DNA from: Vicinamibacterales bacterium
GTDB lineage: Bacteria; Acidobacteriota; Vicinamibacteria; Vicinamibacterales; JAMQPK01
Length of the DNA: 64,000 nt
NCBI GenBank assembly: GCA_035937795.1
Contig: DASZHO010000046.1
Span: 936-64,935 of the forward strand
Direction: 5' to 3'
Under the pieces are notes generated by a model. The model had not been told where the DNA came from. It saw nothing but the letters and a program-made list of their open reading frames with translations, and made no database searches. A program made the position numbers and the translations under genes. Of the stretch, positions 20,211 to 30,139 are shown piece after piece; the stretch's first letter is position 1; each line of letters opens with the position of its first letter.

Positions 20211-21583
20211 GCCGGTTTTGGTTTCGGGCCGTACTGAATGATGACGGATTGGAAGTTCGCGGTCGCCGAGAGCGTCAGATTGGCCGGGCTGCTGTCGCAT
20301 GCAATCGCACCGGCTTGCTTGGCGTACACACCATGTTCCTGGTTGGTCTCGACGACAATGCGATAAGTACCCCGAGGCGCGGGCTTGTGGTCGTTGTCCA
20401 ACCCATCCCACACGAGCTGGTAACGGCCCGGATCGCGCGTCGCGCGGGCCGTGGAGTAGAGGAGATTCTGAGCCTTGCCGGCGATATTCCAGAAACTCGA
20501 AAGTTCGGAGAAGTACTTCGCCTTGTTGGCCCAGAACGCCAGGATGCGGACCAGCCGGCTGGTTGTGCTTTCGACCCAGACCGCGACGTAGGGCCGATGC
20601 ACACGGCCCCGGATCCTTCCGCCGAAACCGCCTCCGCGGCCGTTACGAAAGTCCGTTCCATCCGTCAGCGTGAGTGATATGTCGAGCTCATATCCCGCCG
20701 GCCAGTCCGGAGACACCGCCGGGCGGGGCATCTGCGGACGCTCGAGGCGCGCAAACCCTTCGGATCGCTCCACGACGCCGTCGCGCCCCACGCGAAGTGC
20801 CACTGCGCCCGGCGTGCGCCCAACGAGTCGAAGACCTTCATCGGCTCCGGTCAGGCAGAGCGTGGTTGCGAGCGCATTGGCCGTCACCGCATCGGCCGCC
20901 ACGACGGTTCCGCTCGAGGCCAGTGCTGCCGCCCGAGCGGTGCGGGCATCAATCAGGTGGGCCCCACGCGCGTAAGTGCCGCTGGTGGCAATGGCCCGGT
21001 TGTGAAGCCGAATCCACGTGAGAGGTCTCGCGTTCTCGTGCGGAGCGTGCGGGTCCGCGATCGCGATGTCACACGGGCGGCCCCGCGCGACGATATCTCC
21101 GCCGACATTCAAGAGGATGCCCTCGATGCCGGGAGCGGCGGCGTGTGCGGCCTTCGCTGCGCAGTCGATGATATAGGCCTTGCCGAGCGCGTCAACGTTT
21201 CGCGGCGTGTTCGCGCCTCGGGGTCGGACAGACACGATGCCGCCGGTGAGCTCGTTCCAATAGTCATAGTCAGAAAGGAGCTTGCTCAGATCGCGGGACC
21301 GGCCGGGACCGTCAGATTCGCCCAGCCTGCTGATTTCGCTGTCGGGATCGCGCGTGTCGAGGATGGCGGTGAGCCGGTGGACTTCTTCGAGTACCGCCAT
21401 CTCCGCATCGCGAGCCTTCACGGTGTTCGATGTCCACACGACCAGATCCAGCGATGTTCCGATGACATGATCGTATGGAAAATGATGCTCGGCGGACCGA
21501 GCCGAGCGTAGTGTTGCGAGCGGCGCCATCGCCGGCAACGACAAGAACAATCTGCGCGTGATCCTACCCGGCAGGCTCCCCAT
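20207..21583 (-). CDS. apbE: ApbE-like FAD:protein FMN transferase fused to a C-terminal DUF2271-like domain; Tat signal
   Basis: Twin-arginine N-terminus (ITRRLFLSLPAMAP). ApbE-like body (GKAYIIDCAAKA...LLNVGGDI...AIATSGTY). C-terminal YVAVWVESTTSRLVRILAFWANKAKYFSELSSFW...GTYRIVVETNQEHG matches DUF2271 as I recall it. Confidence 0.7.
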   Translation of the reverse strand: MGSLPGRITRRLFLSLPAMAPLATLRSARSAEHHFPYDHVIGTSLDLVVWTSNTVKARDAEMAVLEEVHRLTAILDTRDPDSEISRLGESDGPGRSRDLSKLLSDYDYWNELTGGIVSVRPRGANTPRNVDALGKAYIIDCAAKAAHAAAPGIEGILLNVGGDIVARGRPCDIAIADPHAPHENARPLTWIRLHNRAIATSGTYARGAHLIDARTARAAALASSGTVVAADAVTANALATTLCLTGADEGLRLVGRTPGAVALRVGRDGVVERSEGFARLERPQMPRPAVSPDWPAGYELDISLTLTDGTDFRNGRGGGFGGRIRGRVHRPYVAVWVESTTSRLVRILAFWANKAKYFSELSSFWNIAGKAQNLLYSTARATRDPGRYQLVWDGLDNDHKPAPRGTYRIVVETNQEHGVYAKQAGAIACDSSPANLTLSATANFQSVIIQYGPKPKPA

Positions 21584-21647
21584 TGAATCTCCGTTCGTGA
21601 TTCTATCGCTTGACCTTCTGCTTTACATCGCCTTAACTGATGGCCTC

Positions 21648-23903
21648 ATGTCTCTTCGCGCTGTCCGCGCCGGCGTCTTTCTGATTACCCTGTCCGGGCT
21701 GGTCTTCGAGATCGGTCTCACGCGGATCTATTCCGCGACGATCTGGTACCACTTTGCGTTCGTCGTCATTTCGATGGCGCTCCTTGGGTGGGGGATGGGC
21801 GGCCTGGCGGTCCACCTACTGAAGCGAACGTTCGCGCCGTCGATGAGTCGGGCGGCTCTCCTCACCTTGCTGTATGCAACGACCATCCCGGTATGTTTAT
21901 GGGTCCTCGTCCAGTTTCCGTTTGAGTTCAGGCGGCTCCCGCTCTACTTTGTCGCGCCTCTCGTGCCGTTCTTCCTGGGTGGGATGGCGTTGTCGATGGT
22001 GTTCGATCTCCACCGCGCTATCGCCGGATCGTTGTACTTCGCCGATCTGCTGGGCGCCTCGCTTGGAGCGGTGCTCGTCACCGTGTTGCTTCAAACGCTG
22101 GGCGGCGAGGCGTCGCTGCTCATGGCGGCGGTCGCGCCGATGGGCGCAGCCGCCTGCCTGTCGCGAAGACTCCGCCCATGGGCCTCGGCTGGCGCCCTGC
22201 TCCTGGCCGCAGCTGCCCTATCGAACGCAAGCACCGGTCTCTTTCACGTGATTCCCGGCACGATCAAGGCGATGCGCCGGCAGATGGAGGAACATGCCGG
22301 AGCGCGCGTGACACAGACCGGATGGAACGCGTACTCGCGGATCGACGCAGTCGAAGGTCTTCCGCCGCCCATTCTGGCGCGCCTCTACATCGATTCTGAC
22401 GCCTGGACGAGCATTCGCGCGTGGGACGGCCGGTTCGAAAGCATCCGCGACCTGCGCGATTCGTACCGTGCGTTGCCGTTCCGATTCACGCCCAACGCCG
22501 AGACGCTCGTGATTGGCCCGGGCGGCGGCACGGACGTCCTTGCCGCACTGGCGTCCGGCAGCCGCAAGGTCACGGCCGTCGAGCTCAATCCCCTCATGAT
22601 CCAGTTCGTCCGCCATTACGGCGCGCGCGCGGGATCGCTCTACGATCGGGCCAACGTGGACGTCGTTCAGAGCGAGGGGCGCAACTTCATCAGCCGGACC
22701 GAGCGGAAGTTCGACGTCATTTTCATGGGCTTTGTGGATTCGTGGGCGTCGGTGGCCTCGGGCGGCCTCTCCCTCTCAGAAAACTACCTGTATACGACGC
22801 AGGCGTTCCGCGCGTACTACGACCATCTGACCGACAACGGGATCCTCGTCATTCTGCGCTGGGAGATGGACATCCCGCGCCTGGTGTCGAACTCAGTGGC
22901 GCTTCTGGGCGCCGAAGAGGCGTCGAAGCGGATCGTCGTCCTGACGGAGAAGCGCGGAACCCCCAGCGATCCGTCTCAGATGCTCTTCATGCTTCGCAAG
23001 CGGCCCTTTACTGAGGCCGAGACGGCGGAGATTGTTGACTGCTGGACGCAGGCGAATCCGCTCATCGTCCCGGGGCGGGACGTTCCTCCGCCTCTCGGCG
23101 ATCTCTTGACGGGAAGAAAGACGCCGGCCGCGTATGAGGCGGAATCGCCCGGATTGGTCGGTCCGGTGTTCGACGATAGCCCCTTCTATTTCGCCGTCGA
23201 GCGGCCGTGGGGTATGCCCCCGACGATCGCCGCCCGGCTCTTCATGTGGTTGCTGGCTCCAAGCCTGGCGATGCTGGCTCTCTTCGCTGCGCTGGGCAAA
23301 CCGAAGGGCGAGCCGGTGAGACCGTATGCTGCGTCCATTGTCTACTTCACCTGTCTGGGATTCGGATTCATCGCAGTGGAGCTGGCACTCCTTCAGAACC
23401 TGACGCTCCTGCTCGGCCATCCGATTTTCACGCTGTCCGTCCTGCTCTTCACGCTGCTCGCGGCAGGCGGTCTGGGAAGTGCAATGAGCCATCGCGTCCC
23501 GCCGCGCATGGCGTGTCTGGCGGTGGCCGTGCTTGGCGCGTGCGAGGCAGTCGCGCTGCCCCGACTCGTGGCCGCCTTCCTGCCGCTGTCTCTGGGCGTC
23601 CGCGTCGCAATTGCCACGGCGCTCATCGCGCCGCTCGGATTCGCCATGGGCATGCCCTTCCCGCGGGGCCTCCAGGGCACGGGCCGCGGCGCGCTGCCCG
23701 CGTCGCCGTTTTACTGGGGTCTCAACGGGATCATGTCGGTCATTGGTTCCGTGACGACGGTGTTCGTCGCGCTCAGGTCGGGATTTCAGGCCGCGATGCT
23801 CGCCGGTTGCGCCTGCTATGTTCTGGCATCCCTCGCCTCGCGCCCTGCACTCGGAAAATCTACGCGCCCGCCGGCGGGCGATCTACAATCGGCCGAAACA
23901 TGA
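21648..23903 (+). CDS. Polytopic membrane protein fused to a spermidine-synthase-like methyltransferase-fold domain
   Basis: Start taken at ATG 21648 (MSLRAVRAGVFLITLSGLVFEIGLTRIYS). Central soluble block LVIGPGGGTDVLAAL...VTAVELNP...FDVIFMGFVD has a SAM/polyamine aminopropyltransferase-like pattern and is flanked by TM bundles. Confidence 0.7.
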   Translation: MSLRAVRAGVFLITLSGLVFEIGLTRIYSATIWYHFAFVVISMALLGWGMGGLAVHLLKRTFAPSMSRAALLTLLYATTIPVCLWVLVQFPFEFRRLPLYFVAPLVPFFLGGMALSMVFDLHRAIAGSLYFADLLGASLGAVLVTVLLQTLGGEASLLMAAVAPMGAAACLSRRLRPWASAGALLLAAAALSNASTGLFHVIPGTIKAMRRQMEEHAGARVTQTGWNAYSRIDAVEGLPPPILARLYIDSDAWTSIRAWDGRFESIRDLRDSYRALPFRFTPNAETLVIGPGGGTDVLAALASGSRKVTAVELNPLMIQFVRHYGARAGSLYDRANVDVVQSEGRNFISRTERKFDVIFMGFVDSWASVASGGLSLSENYLYTTQAFRAYYDHLTDNGILVILRWEMDIPRLVSNSVALLGAEEASKRIVVLTEKRGTPSDPSQMLFMLRKRPFTEAETAEIVDCWTQANPLIVPGRDVPPPLGDLLTGRKTPAAYEAESPGLVGPVFDDSPFYFAVERPWGMPPTIAARLFMWLLAPSLAMLALFAALGKPKGEPVRPYAASIVYFTCLGFGFIAVELALLQNLTLLLGHPIFTLSVLLFTLLAAGGLGSAMSHRVPPRMACLAVAVLGACEAVALPRLVAAFLPLSLGVRVAIATALIAPLGFAMGMPFPRGLQGTGRGALPASPFYWGLNGIMSVIGSVTTVFVALRSGFQAAMLAGCACYVLASLASRPALGKSTRPPAGDLQSAET

Positions 23904-23916
23904 AATGTGAGGTGAG

Positions 23917-24546
23917 ATGATGCCGGCACCGTCATGGCAGGTCAGCGGGCAGTACTACGAAACGTGCAGTTGCGACTTCGTCTGTCCGTGCATCCCCGGA
24001 CAGATGGTGGTCAAACCGAGCAAGGGGTCGTGCACCTTCGCCATGGCATTCCAGATCGACCGCGGAAGCTTTGGCACGGTCCCGCTCGACGGCCTTGGCT
24101 TCATCGTCCTCGGAGTGACCCCGGAAGCGATGGCGAAGGGAAACTGGTCGGTTGGCGTCATCGCCGACGCGCGGGCCAGTACCGAGCAGCGTGACGCAAT
24201 CGTGGCGATTGCCAGCGGTGCCGCGGGCGGCCCGATGGCGGCTCTATCTGGATTAGTGGGCAAGTTGCTGGGCGTGGAATCGGCGCCAATCCGCTTCGAC
24301 CGTACCGGCGTCAAATGGTCCGTCAACGCGGCGAGCTTCGTCGACATGGCCGCTGAAGGAGCGATGGGAATCAACCCGAACGCGACCGAGCCGCTCTATC
24401 TCGACAACACCGGCCATCCGGCCGCGAATCGCTTCGCGCTCGCTCGTGCGTCCAAGAGTCACGTCCATGCTCTCGGTTTGGCGTGGGATGACGCGGGCGG
24501 AAAGAACAACGGACAGTACGCGCCGTTTTCCTGGCGCAGTGCATAG
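23917..24546 (+). CDS. DUF1326 domain protein
   Basis: The N-terminus WQVSGQYYETCSCDFVCPCIPG is the characteristic Cys-rich DUF1326 motif. Confidence 0.75.
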   Translation: MMPAPSWQVSGQYYETCSCDFVCPCIPGQMVVKPSKGSCTFAMAFQIDRGSFGTVPLDGLGFIVLGVTPEAMAKGNWSVGVIADARASTEQRDAIVAIASGAAGGPMAALSGLVGKLLGVESAPIRFDRTGVKWSVNAASFVDMAAEGAMGINPNATEPLYLDNTGHPAANRFALARASKSHVHALGLAWDDAGGKNNGQYAPFSWRSA

Positions 24547-25333
24547 CCCCTCAGCGATCGGGACGCTCGCCCGACGCGACCGCGTCCTCATCTCGACCTG
24601 CCTGGTCGCCACGATCGCACTGGCCTGGGTATATCTCGTTCATCTCGATCGTCAGATGTCGTCCTCCATGCAACACGACACGATGATGGCGCAGATGGGC
24701 ATGGCGATGGACGCGTCCTGGACGGCGGCAGACGTGTTCTTCACCTTCGCCATGTGGACTGTCATGATGGTCGGCATGATGGCTGGGACGGCCGCCCCGG
24801 TGCTGCTTCTCTTCGCGGCAGCGAATAATCGCCGCGGAGAGCGCGGTATGCGATTGGCGGTGTTGATGTTCGGGCTCGGTTACCTTACGGTCTGGGTCGG
24901 CTTCAGCGCGGGCGCCGCGCTTGTCCAGTGGACACTGCACCAGACGGCGATGTTGTCTCCGGCAATGGCGGCGTCCAACCCGTATCTGGCCGGCGCCATT
25001 CTCGTCGTGGCCGGCGCGTATCAATTGACGCCATGGAAGGGAGCCTGCCTGACGCAGTGCCGAAGTCCGCTCGGATTTCTGATGACGAACTGGCGTGACG
25101 GACGGCTCGGCGCGCTCCAGATGGGTGTACGTCATGGAGCGTATTGCCTCGGTTGTTGCTGGGCGCTGATGTGCGTGCTCTTTGTGGTCGGCGTGATGAA
25201 CCTTGTCTGGGTCGCCACGCTGACCGGCTTCGTTCTGCTCGAGAAGATCGGACCTGCGGGTACTCTCGTTGCGCGCGTCGCAGGCGCCGCCATGGTGTTC
25301 GCCGGGATTCTCCTGATGGCCGTGAAGGTCTGA
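24539..25333 (+). CDS. DUF2182 family predicted metal-binding integral membrane protein
   Basis: In-frame GTG at 24539 overlaps the DUF1326 stop. Met-rich helices (FAMWTVMMVGMMAGTAAP). DUF1326/DUF2182 is a recurrent gene pair. Confidence 0.7.
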   Translation: MHSPSAIGTLARRDRVLISTCLVATIALAWVYLVHLDRQMSSSMQHDTMMAQMGMAMDASWTAADVFFTFAMWTVMMVGMMAGTAAPVLLLFAAANNRRGERGMRLAVLMFGLGYLTVWVGFSAGAALVQWTLHQTAMLSPAMAASNPYLAGAILVVAGAYQLTPWKGACLTQCRSPLGFLMTNWRDGRLGALQMGVRHGAYCLGCCWALMCVLFVVGVMNLVWVATLTGFVLLEKIGPAGTLVARVAGAAMVFAGILLMAVKV

Positions 25334-25356
25334 CTGCCGCGATCGACACGGCAGGC

Positions 25357-25761
25357 TTACTTCGGGACCCCGGCTTTCACGGTCACGATATTTTCCAGCC
25401 AGACGTCGCCGCTGGCCGACACGACCTTCGCCGTGATCTGGTCGCCCGGCGACAGGTTATCCAGCAGTTGTGAGTCCTTGACCGGATAGGGCATGGTCAT
25501 CGCGCCCATGAACCCAGGTATATCTCCGTGGTCCACGGTGACCATCTTTCCGGACTTGTCGATCGACACGACCTTGCCTTTGAGATCGTAGCGTTGCGGC
25601 TGCATCTGCTGCGACTGCGGTGGCTGCGCTGCCGCTGGAGGTGGCGCGTCGCTCTGTTTGGGTGGTGACGAGCAGGCCATCAGCCCGATCGAAAACCCTG
25701 CCACCGTTGCCGACAGAATCCTCGCTGCGTGTCTTCCCGTTCTCTTCATGCGTGCCTCCAC
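25357..25761 (-). CDS. CusF-like periplasmic Cu(I)/Ag(I)-binding lipoprotein
   Basis: Lipobox-like GLMAC. CusF-type core LKGKVVSIDKSGKMVTVDHGDIPGFMGAMTMPYPV. Confidence 0.7.
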   Translation of the reverse strand: MEARMKRTGRHAARILSATVAGFSIGLMACSSPPKQSDAPPPAAAQPPQSQQMQPQRYDLKGKVVSIDKSGKMVTVDHGDIPGFMGAMTMPYPVKDSQLLDNLSPGDQITAKVVSASGDVWLENIVTVKAGVPK

Positions 25762-25772
25762 TGGTCACGTGC

Positions 25773-27977
25773 TCAGTAGTGAAAACGGTATCGAAGCTCG
25801 GCGTAGACTTCCCGCGGGTTGTTGAAGTGCGTACCGCCGAAGGTGAGGCTGTTATCGATGAGCAGGTGGTTGTTCGCCGCGTTCAGCGCCGTGACGGCGA
25901 GCGAGATCTTCTCGCCGAACGACTTCCCGAGTGAGACGTTCACGGTCGTGTGGCCCGGCAAGTGCGCCGGTCCTCCGCTGTCGGTGAACCCCGAGCCGTA
26001 GGAGACGTTCGTCGCCGCAAACGTGCCCCGCGGCAATCGCGCATCGAAACCGGCGCTGAAGGTATGACGCTGGTCGTGGTCCAACGGAAAGTAGTCTCCG
26101 CCCGAGGTGAAATTCGTGAGTCCTCCGCTGATGGAGCCTCGACCCTGGGCCGTCTGGTTGGAATACGCCAGGTGAAACTGACCGATCTCCCAGGCTCTGG
26201 GCGATCGAACCGTCACTTCTGTTCCACGGATGAGGGCGCCGTCGATCGTAATGGGAAAGAAGACGTTCGAGTTGCCCACGGGGTTGTGGTCGAAGAAGTT
26301 CGTGGCCCGCGTCTGGAACCGGTCGGCGTCGAACGTCCAGCCGCGCACCGGCACCGTCAGACCCGCCTGGTATTCCTCATCGCGTTCGCCGTGCAAGGGA
26401 ATGAACCCCAGGTTCTGCGCCGTCACGAAATCGAGCAGCGGACCCGAGGCGGTGACGAGCGGCGGCCCCTGGTAGAAGCGTCCATAAAAGCCCCGAACGA
26501 CCCAGTTGATCGTCGGGATCTGAATGGTTGCGCCGACGCGCGGGCTCGTCGCGTTCTCGGCAATCCCTCCGGAAAAGTGAGTCTGGCGCACGCCGCCGCT
26601 GACGGTGAGCCACGGCGTGACGGTGATCTTGTCCTGAATGAACACCGCAGCAAGGTTCCCGGACGGCTGCTCACGCACCGACAGGTTCGGATTGCTGCCG
26701 TCGTTGAAGGTCAACGCGAAGAGTTGATTGTCCTGCTGGTGGAAACCGTAGAATCCGGCCTGCAGGTTGTTCTTCCAGATTCCCGCGCTGAACGTGGCCT
26801 GCGCGCCGCCGTACTGCGATCGGCGCTGGTCGGTGGTCACGATCGGATCGGCCGCTCCTCCGTCGAAGTTCGCGGTGTTGTAATGGTAGAACGGTGACAC
26901 GGTGAGCATCGCGGCGTGGAACGTGCGGACCCACGAGAAGTTGACAAACGCGTCTGATTCTCTCTCCACATCGTTGATGCCGGCGGCTTGATCGTCGGGG
27001 CCGTTCGGAATCTGATAGCTGTCCCGTCTCACCGACGTCACCAGCCGCAGCTGATTGGCCGGATCGGGGTTGAAGATCAACGAGCCAAATCCGCCGCCGC
27101 CGGTCTGGCGATCGTGCAGCACATCGGCGACGGGCGTGCCCAGTCCGAGGTTGCTGCGATTGCCGTTCGCGCTGGCAAAGTACGCGAACCGTTGGGTGTG
27201 GCCTCCGACGCTCACCTGATCGTTGGTCTGATGGAAGTTTCCCGCGCTGAGCACCAGTTCGGCGTCGCTGTTGCGTTCGAACCCGGAACGCGGAACGACG
27301 TTGAAGACGCCATAGGTGCGGTCGCCGTACTGCGCGTCGTAGCTCCCGCGGTGCACCTCAAGGAAATCGATGTCCTTGGGATCAAACTGCGGCCCGACGT
27401 TGCTGGCGATGTTCGTGTTCGGGACCGGCACGCCGTCGATGAGCCAGCTCACCTGGTGACCCCCACGCACGTGCAGCTGATCGTGTGTGACATACGACCC
27501 GGGCACGTATGCAGTAATCGCCTCCAGGCCGTTGGTACGATCTGCTCCCGGCGTGTTCTGAATATCCTGCCGGCTCACGAGCGTCGTCGGTGTCACCAGG
27601 TCCGGCTGGATGGCCTCCGCGCTCGCCGAGACGGTCACCGCTTCACGCACCCCAGCCAGCTCGAGCTGAACGTGCAGCATGGGCGCGGTGTCCGACACCA
27701 CGACGATCGTCTGCTCCACGGTGTTGAACCCCTGGAACGACACCGTGACGGTGTAGTCGCCGACGGGGACCGCGGCGATCTGAAACGCGCCCTCGGCGTC
27801 GGTCGTCGTCATCTGCGCCCAGTCGGCCTGCCTGGCCTTTATTGTGACGCTGGCGCCGGCGACGGGCCGGTGCTGCGGATCGTGCACCACGCCCTTCACG
27901 GTCGAAAAGATCGTGGCAAAGGCGGGCGCGCAAACAAGCATGAGCATGCCGATGAGAAGGACAGAGAATTTTCGCAC
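25773..27977 (-). CDS. TonB-dependent receptor with N-terminal carboxypeptidase-regulatory-like domain
   Basis: 734-aa ORF with a signal peptide. CarboxypepD_reg-like GVVHDPQHRPVAGASVTIK...DAEGAFQIAAVPVGDYTV. Plug and barrel with a terminal aromatic residue (YAELRYRFHY). Confidence 0.85.
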   Translation of the reverse strand: MRKFSVLLIGMLMLVCAPAFATIFSTVKGVVHDPQHRPVAGASVTIKARQADWAQMTTTDAEGAFQIAAVPVGDYTVTVSFQGFNTVEQTIVVVSDTAPMLHVQLELAGVREAVTVSASAEAIQPDLVTPTTLVSRQDIQNTPGADRTNGLEAITAYVPGSYVTHDQLHVRGGHQVSWLIDGVPVPNTNIASNVGPQFDPKDIDFLEVHRGSYDAQYGDRTYGVFNVVPRSGFERNSDAELVLSAGNFHQTNDQVSVGGHTQRFAYFASANGNRSNLGLGTPVADVLHDRQTGGGGFGSLIFNPDPANQLRLVTSVRRDSYQIPNGPDDQAAGINDVERESDAFVNFSWVRTFHAAMLTVSPFYHYNTANFDGGAADPIVTTDQRRSQYGGAQATFSAGIWKNNLQAGFYGFHQQDNQLFALTFNDGSNPNLSVREQPSGNLAAVFIQDKITVTPWLTVSGGVRQTHFSGGIAENATSPRVGATIQIPTINWVVRGFYGRFYQGPPLVTASGPLLDFVTAQNLGFIPLHGERDEEYQAGLTVPVRGWTFDADRFQTRATNFFDHNPVGNSNVFFPITIDGALIRGTEVTVRSPRAWEIGQFHLAYSNQTAQGRGSISGGLTNFTSGGDYFPLDHDQRHTFSAGFDARLPRGTFAATNVSYGSGFTDSGGPAHLPGHTTVNVSLGKSFGEKISLAVTALNAANNHLLIDNSLTFGGTHFNNPREVYAELRYRFHY

Positions 27978-28065
27978 ACAGGTCCCCTTTCTCCAGCCCT
28001 GAAACGGCTGTTCTCAGGAACGGCCGCCGCAGGGTGCCATCACAGGCGCGACAAGGGAGAACGGA

Positions 28066-28428
28066 CTAGGCGCGGGGAGGGGGCGAATCAGGCGGCGAAC
28101 GCCGCTCGGTCGTCGTCGAGGACGCGGGGGAGACGACACTCGCCGTCGGCGGAAGAGCGGCCGCCGGCGGACGAGGCGGCACGACTCCGAGGATGCTGAC
28201 GAGAGAGTTCAGCGTGGCGGTCGCACTCGTGGCGATACTTTGAACCAGGCAGATCTTCGAACCTGCTGCCGCTCCGTGATGCATCGGACACGTCGCGTCG
28301 GCGCCGTTGGCGCAGGTGCATGCCGCCAGGCTGGCGTCAATCAGTACCGGCACCAGCGTCAGCGTCGCGGCCTGGCAGACAAGCCAGACAGCGGCGATCG
28401 GGCCGAGGATAGGGCGCACGCGCATCAC
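28066..28428 (-). CDS. Small Cys/His-containing membrane protein (possibly DUF2946-like)
   Basis: 120-aa ORF with GC-rich third positions. One N-terminal TM helix followed by CTCANGADATCPMHHG, then a Pro/Ala/Ser tail. Same strand as and immediately upstream of the TonB receptor. The family assignment is a guess. Confidence 0.5.
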   Translation of the reverse strand: MMRVRPILGPIAAVWLVCQAATLTLVPVLIDASLAACTCANGADATCPMHHGAAAGSKICLVQSIATSATATLNSLVSILGVVPPRPPAAALPPTASVVSPASSTTTERRSPPDSPPPRA

Positions 28429-28495
28429 TCACTTCCAACTTAGCGCCACGCACCAGCCCTGTCAAATTTCATCGGGCGCGTTGCGGCGTACGCTA

Positions 28496-29182
28496 TCAGG
28501 CAGAGGCTCTGCGGATCTCGACCTCGCGCTCGGGGTTCGTGTCACTTTCGGAAAGGCTGCCGCGCGTCCGTTGGGACACGAGAGGGTGAAGTTCCGGTTG
28601 AACCTCCCGCGGTTGAACCTCGCGCGAAGTCGTTGTCGGCGCAGGTTTATTCATCCGCTGCCGGACGTACGTCCCAATACTCTGAGCGAAACACGCACTG
28701 CCTATCGCAGAGTAGGCGACACCGGCGAAGCCAATCGCCGGCCACAGGTTCATGCCTGTCAAGGCCGCCAGAATGCTGGACATCAGGCAAACGGCCGCGA
28801 CGTCAAACACCACTACCCAGACCCGATCCATCAGCGGCAGCGCGAAGCGGCCCGGTTCAAGAGGGCCCTCGGCGTGACGGGCCGGAGCTGTGTCCTTGAC
28901 CACAAGGTGATCGGGCTGGTCGACAGGACACTCTTCCGGAAACAGCCGCAGATGCTCAGCGAGAACGGGTTGTGGAGGCAAGCCAATTGCCGAGACGTAG
29001 GCGCACAGGTGAGCTCGACGGAAGATTCCCTGTGGCCACTTCGAGAAGTCGTTGCGTTCGAGCTCAACGAACAACGATTCCTTGATCTTGGTCGACTCCG
29101 CGATCTGCTTCAGCGAGATTCCCCGGCGCTCCCGCTCCACTCTGAGGCGTGGTCCGAACGTTTCGCGGTCACGAGCAGGCAT
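28496..29182 (-). CDS. RodZ-like helix-turn-helix membrane protein
   Basis: Start at the internal ATG 29182 (MPARDRETFGPRLRVERERRGISLKQIAESTKIKESLFVELERNDFSKWP is HTH_25-like), followed by TM helices. Confidence 0.7.
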   Translation of the reverse strand: MPARDRETFGPRLRVERERRGISLKQIAESTKIKESLFVELERNDFSKWPQGIFRRAHLCAYVSAIGLPPQPVLAEHLRLFPEECPVDQPDHLVVKDTAPARHAEGPLEPGRFALPLMDRVWVVVFDVAAVCLMSSILAALTGMNLWPAIGFAGVAYSAIGSACFAQSIGTYVRQRMNKPAPTTTSREVQPREVQPELHPLVSQRTRGSLSESDTNPEREVEIRRASA

Positions 29183-29272
29183 CAGTGGCTCTTCGAAGAT
29201 AGCCGGAATAGCGATTCTGTACAAGCGGAAAGCTTGAAGGGACTCGCAGTAAACTACGGGCAAGGAGGACCC

Positions 29273-30082
29273 ATGCGTGCCGCTCGCATTCTCACCGGAA
29301 GCCTGATTCTGCTCGTCGCCGTCATTCGGCCGGGTTCGGCGCAGGTCCCACAGCAAGGCCTGGGCGGCGCCGGTCGAGGTGTACCGCCGGAACTGCTGCA
29401 ATGTGCCGATCTGACATCGGCGCTTCTTGCCATCACCACCCAGGACACGCGTCTTCGGGACTGGGCCAACCTCGCACGGTACCGCGACGCCAATCAGTCG
29501 GTGACGCGGGCGACCGCTGTGTTCATGGGCGACTCGATCACCGATTTCTGGCAGCAACCGCGTTTCGGGGAGTTCTTTCCAGGCAAGGGGTACGTCGATC
29601 GCGGCATCAGCGCTCAGACGACCTCCCAGATGCTGCTGCGCATGCGGCCCGATGTCATCGCACTGAAACCGAAGGTCGTCGTGATTCTCGCGGGCACCAA
29701 CGACATCGCCGGTAACACGGGACCGATGACCGACGAAGAGATCGAAGGCAATCTTGCGTCAATGAGCGAGCTGGCAGCGGCCAACGGCATCAAGGTCGTG
29801 CTGTCCAGCATCACGCCCGTGAGCGCCTATCACACGGCCAGGCCGAGCGCCGCGCCTCAAACAACGATCCGTCCGGTCGCGCGCGTGAAGGCCCTCAACG
29901 ACTGGATGCGCAGCTACGCCACTGCGCACAAGCACGTCTACCTTGACTACTATTCGTCGATGGTCGACGGCGCCGGCATGTTGAAGGAGGAATTCAGCGC
30001 CGACGACCTGCACCCTACCGCAGCCGGCTACGCGGTGATGGCGCCGCTCGCCGACGCGGCGATTGCGCGGGCACTGCGCTGA
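29273..30082 (+). CDS. SGNH/GDSL hydrolase
   Basis: ATG 29273 is preceded by AAGGAGGA. Signal peptide present. Block I FMGDSIT, block V DDLHPT. The upstream 320 aa of ORF 28307..30082 is rejected. Confidence 0.85.
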   Translation: MRAARILTGSLILLVAVIRPGSAQVPQQGLGGAGRGVPPELLQCADLTSALLAITTQDTRLRDWANLARYRDANQSVTRATAVFMGDSITDFWQQPRFGEFFPGKGYVDRGISAQTTSQMLLRMRPDVIALKPKVVVILAGTNDIAGNTGPMTDEEIEGNLASMSELAAANGIKVVLSSITPVSAYHTARPSAAPQTTIRPVARVKALNDWMRSYATAHKHVYLDYYSSMVDGAGMLKEEFSADDLHPTAAGYAVMAPLADAAIARALR

Positions 30083-30139
30083 TTGCACGGGCACGGCCTC
30101 GAGCCCGGGCACGAACAAGATGCCGATAACACGGTGGGC

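Noticed and set aside
28307-29272. N-terminal 320 aa of ORF 28307..30082
   Set aside because: This part overlaps the opposite-strand HTH gene and has no motifs. The SGNH hydrolase begins at ATG 29273, which has a strong AAGGAGGA SD and a signal peptide.
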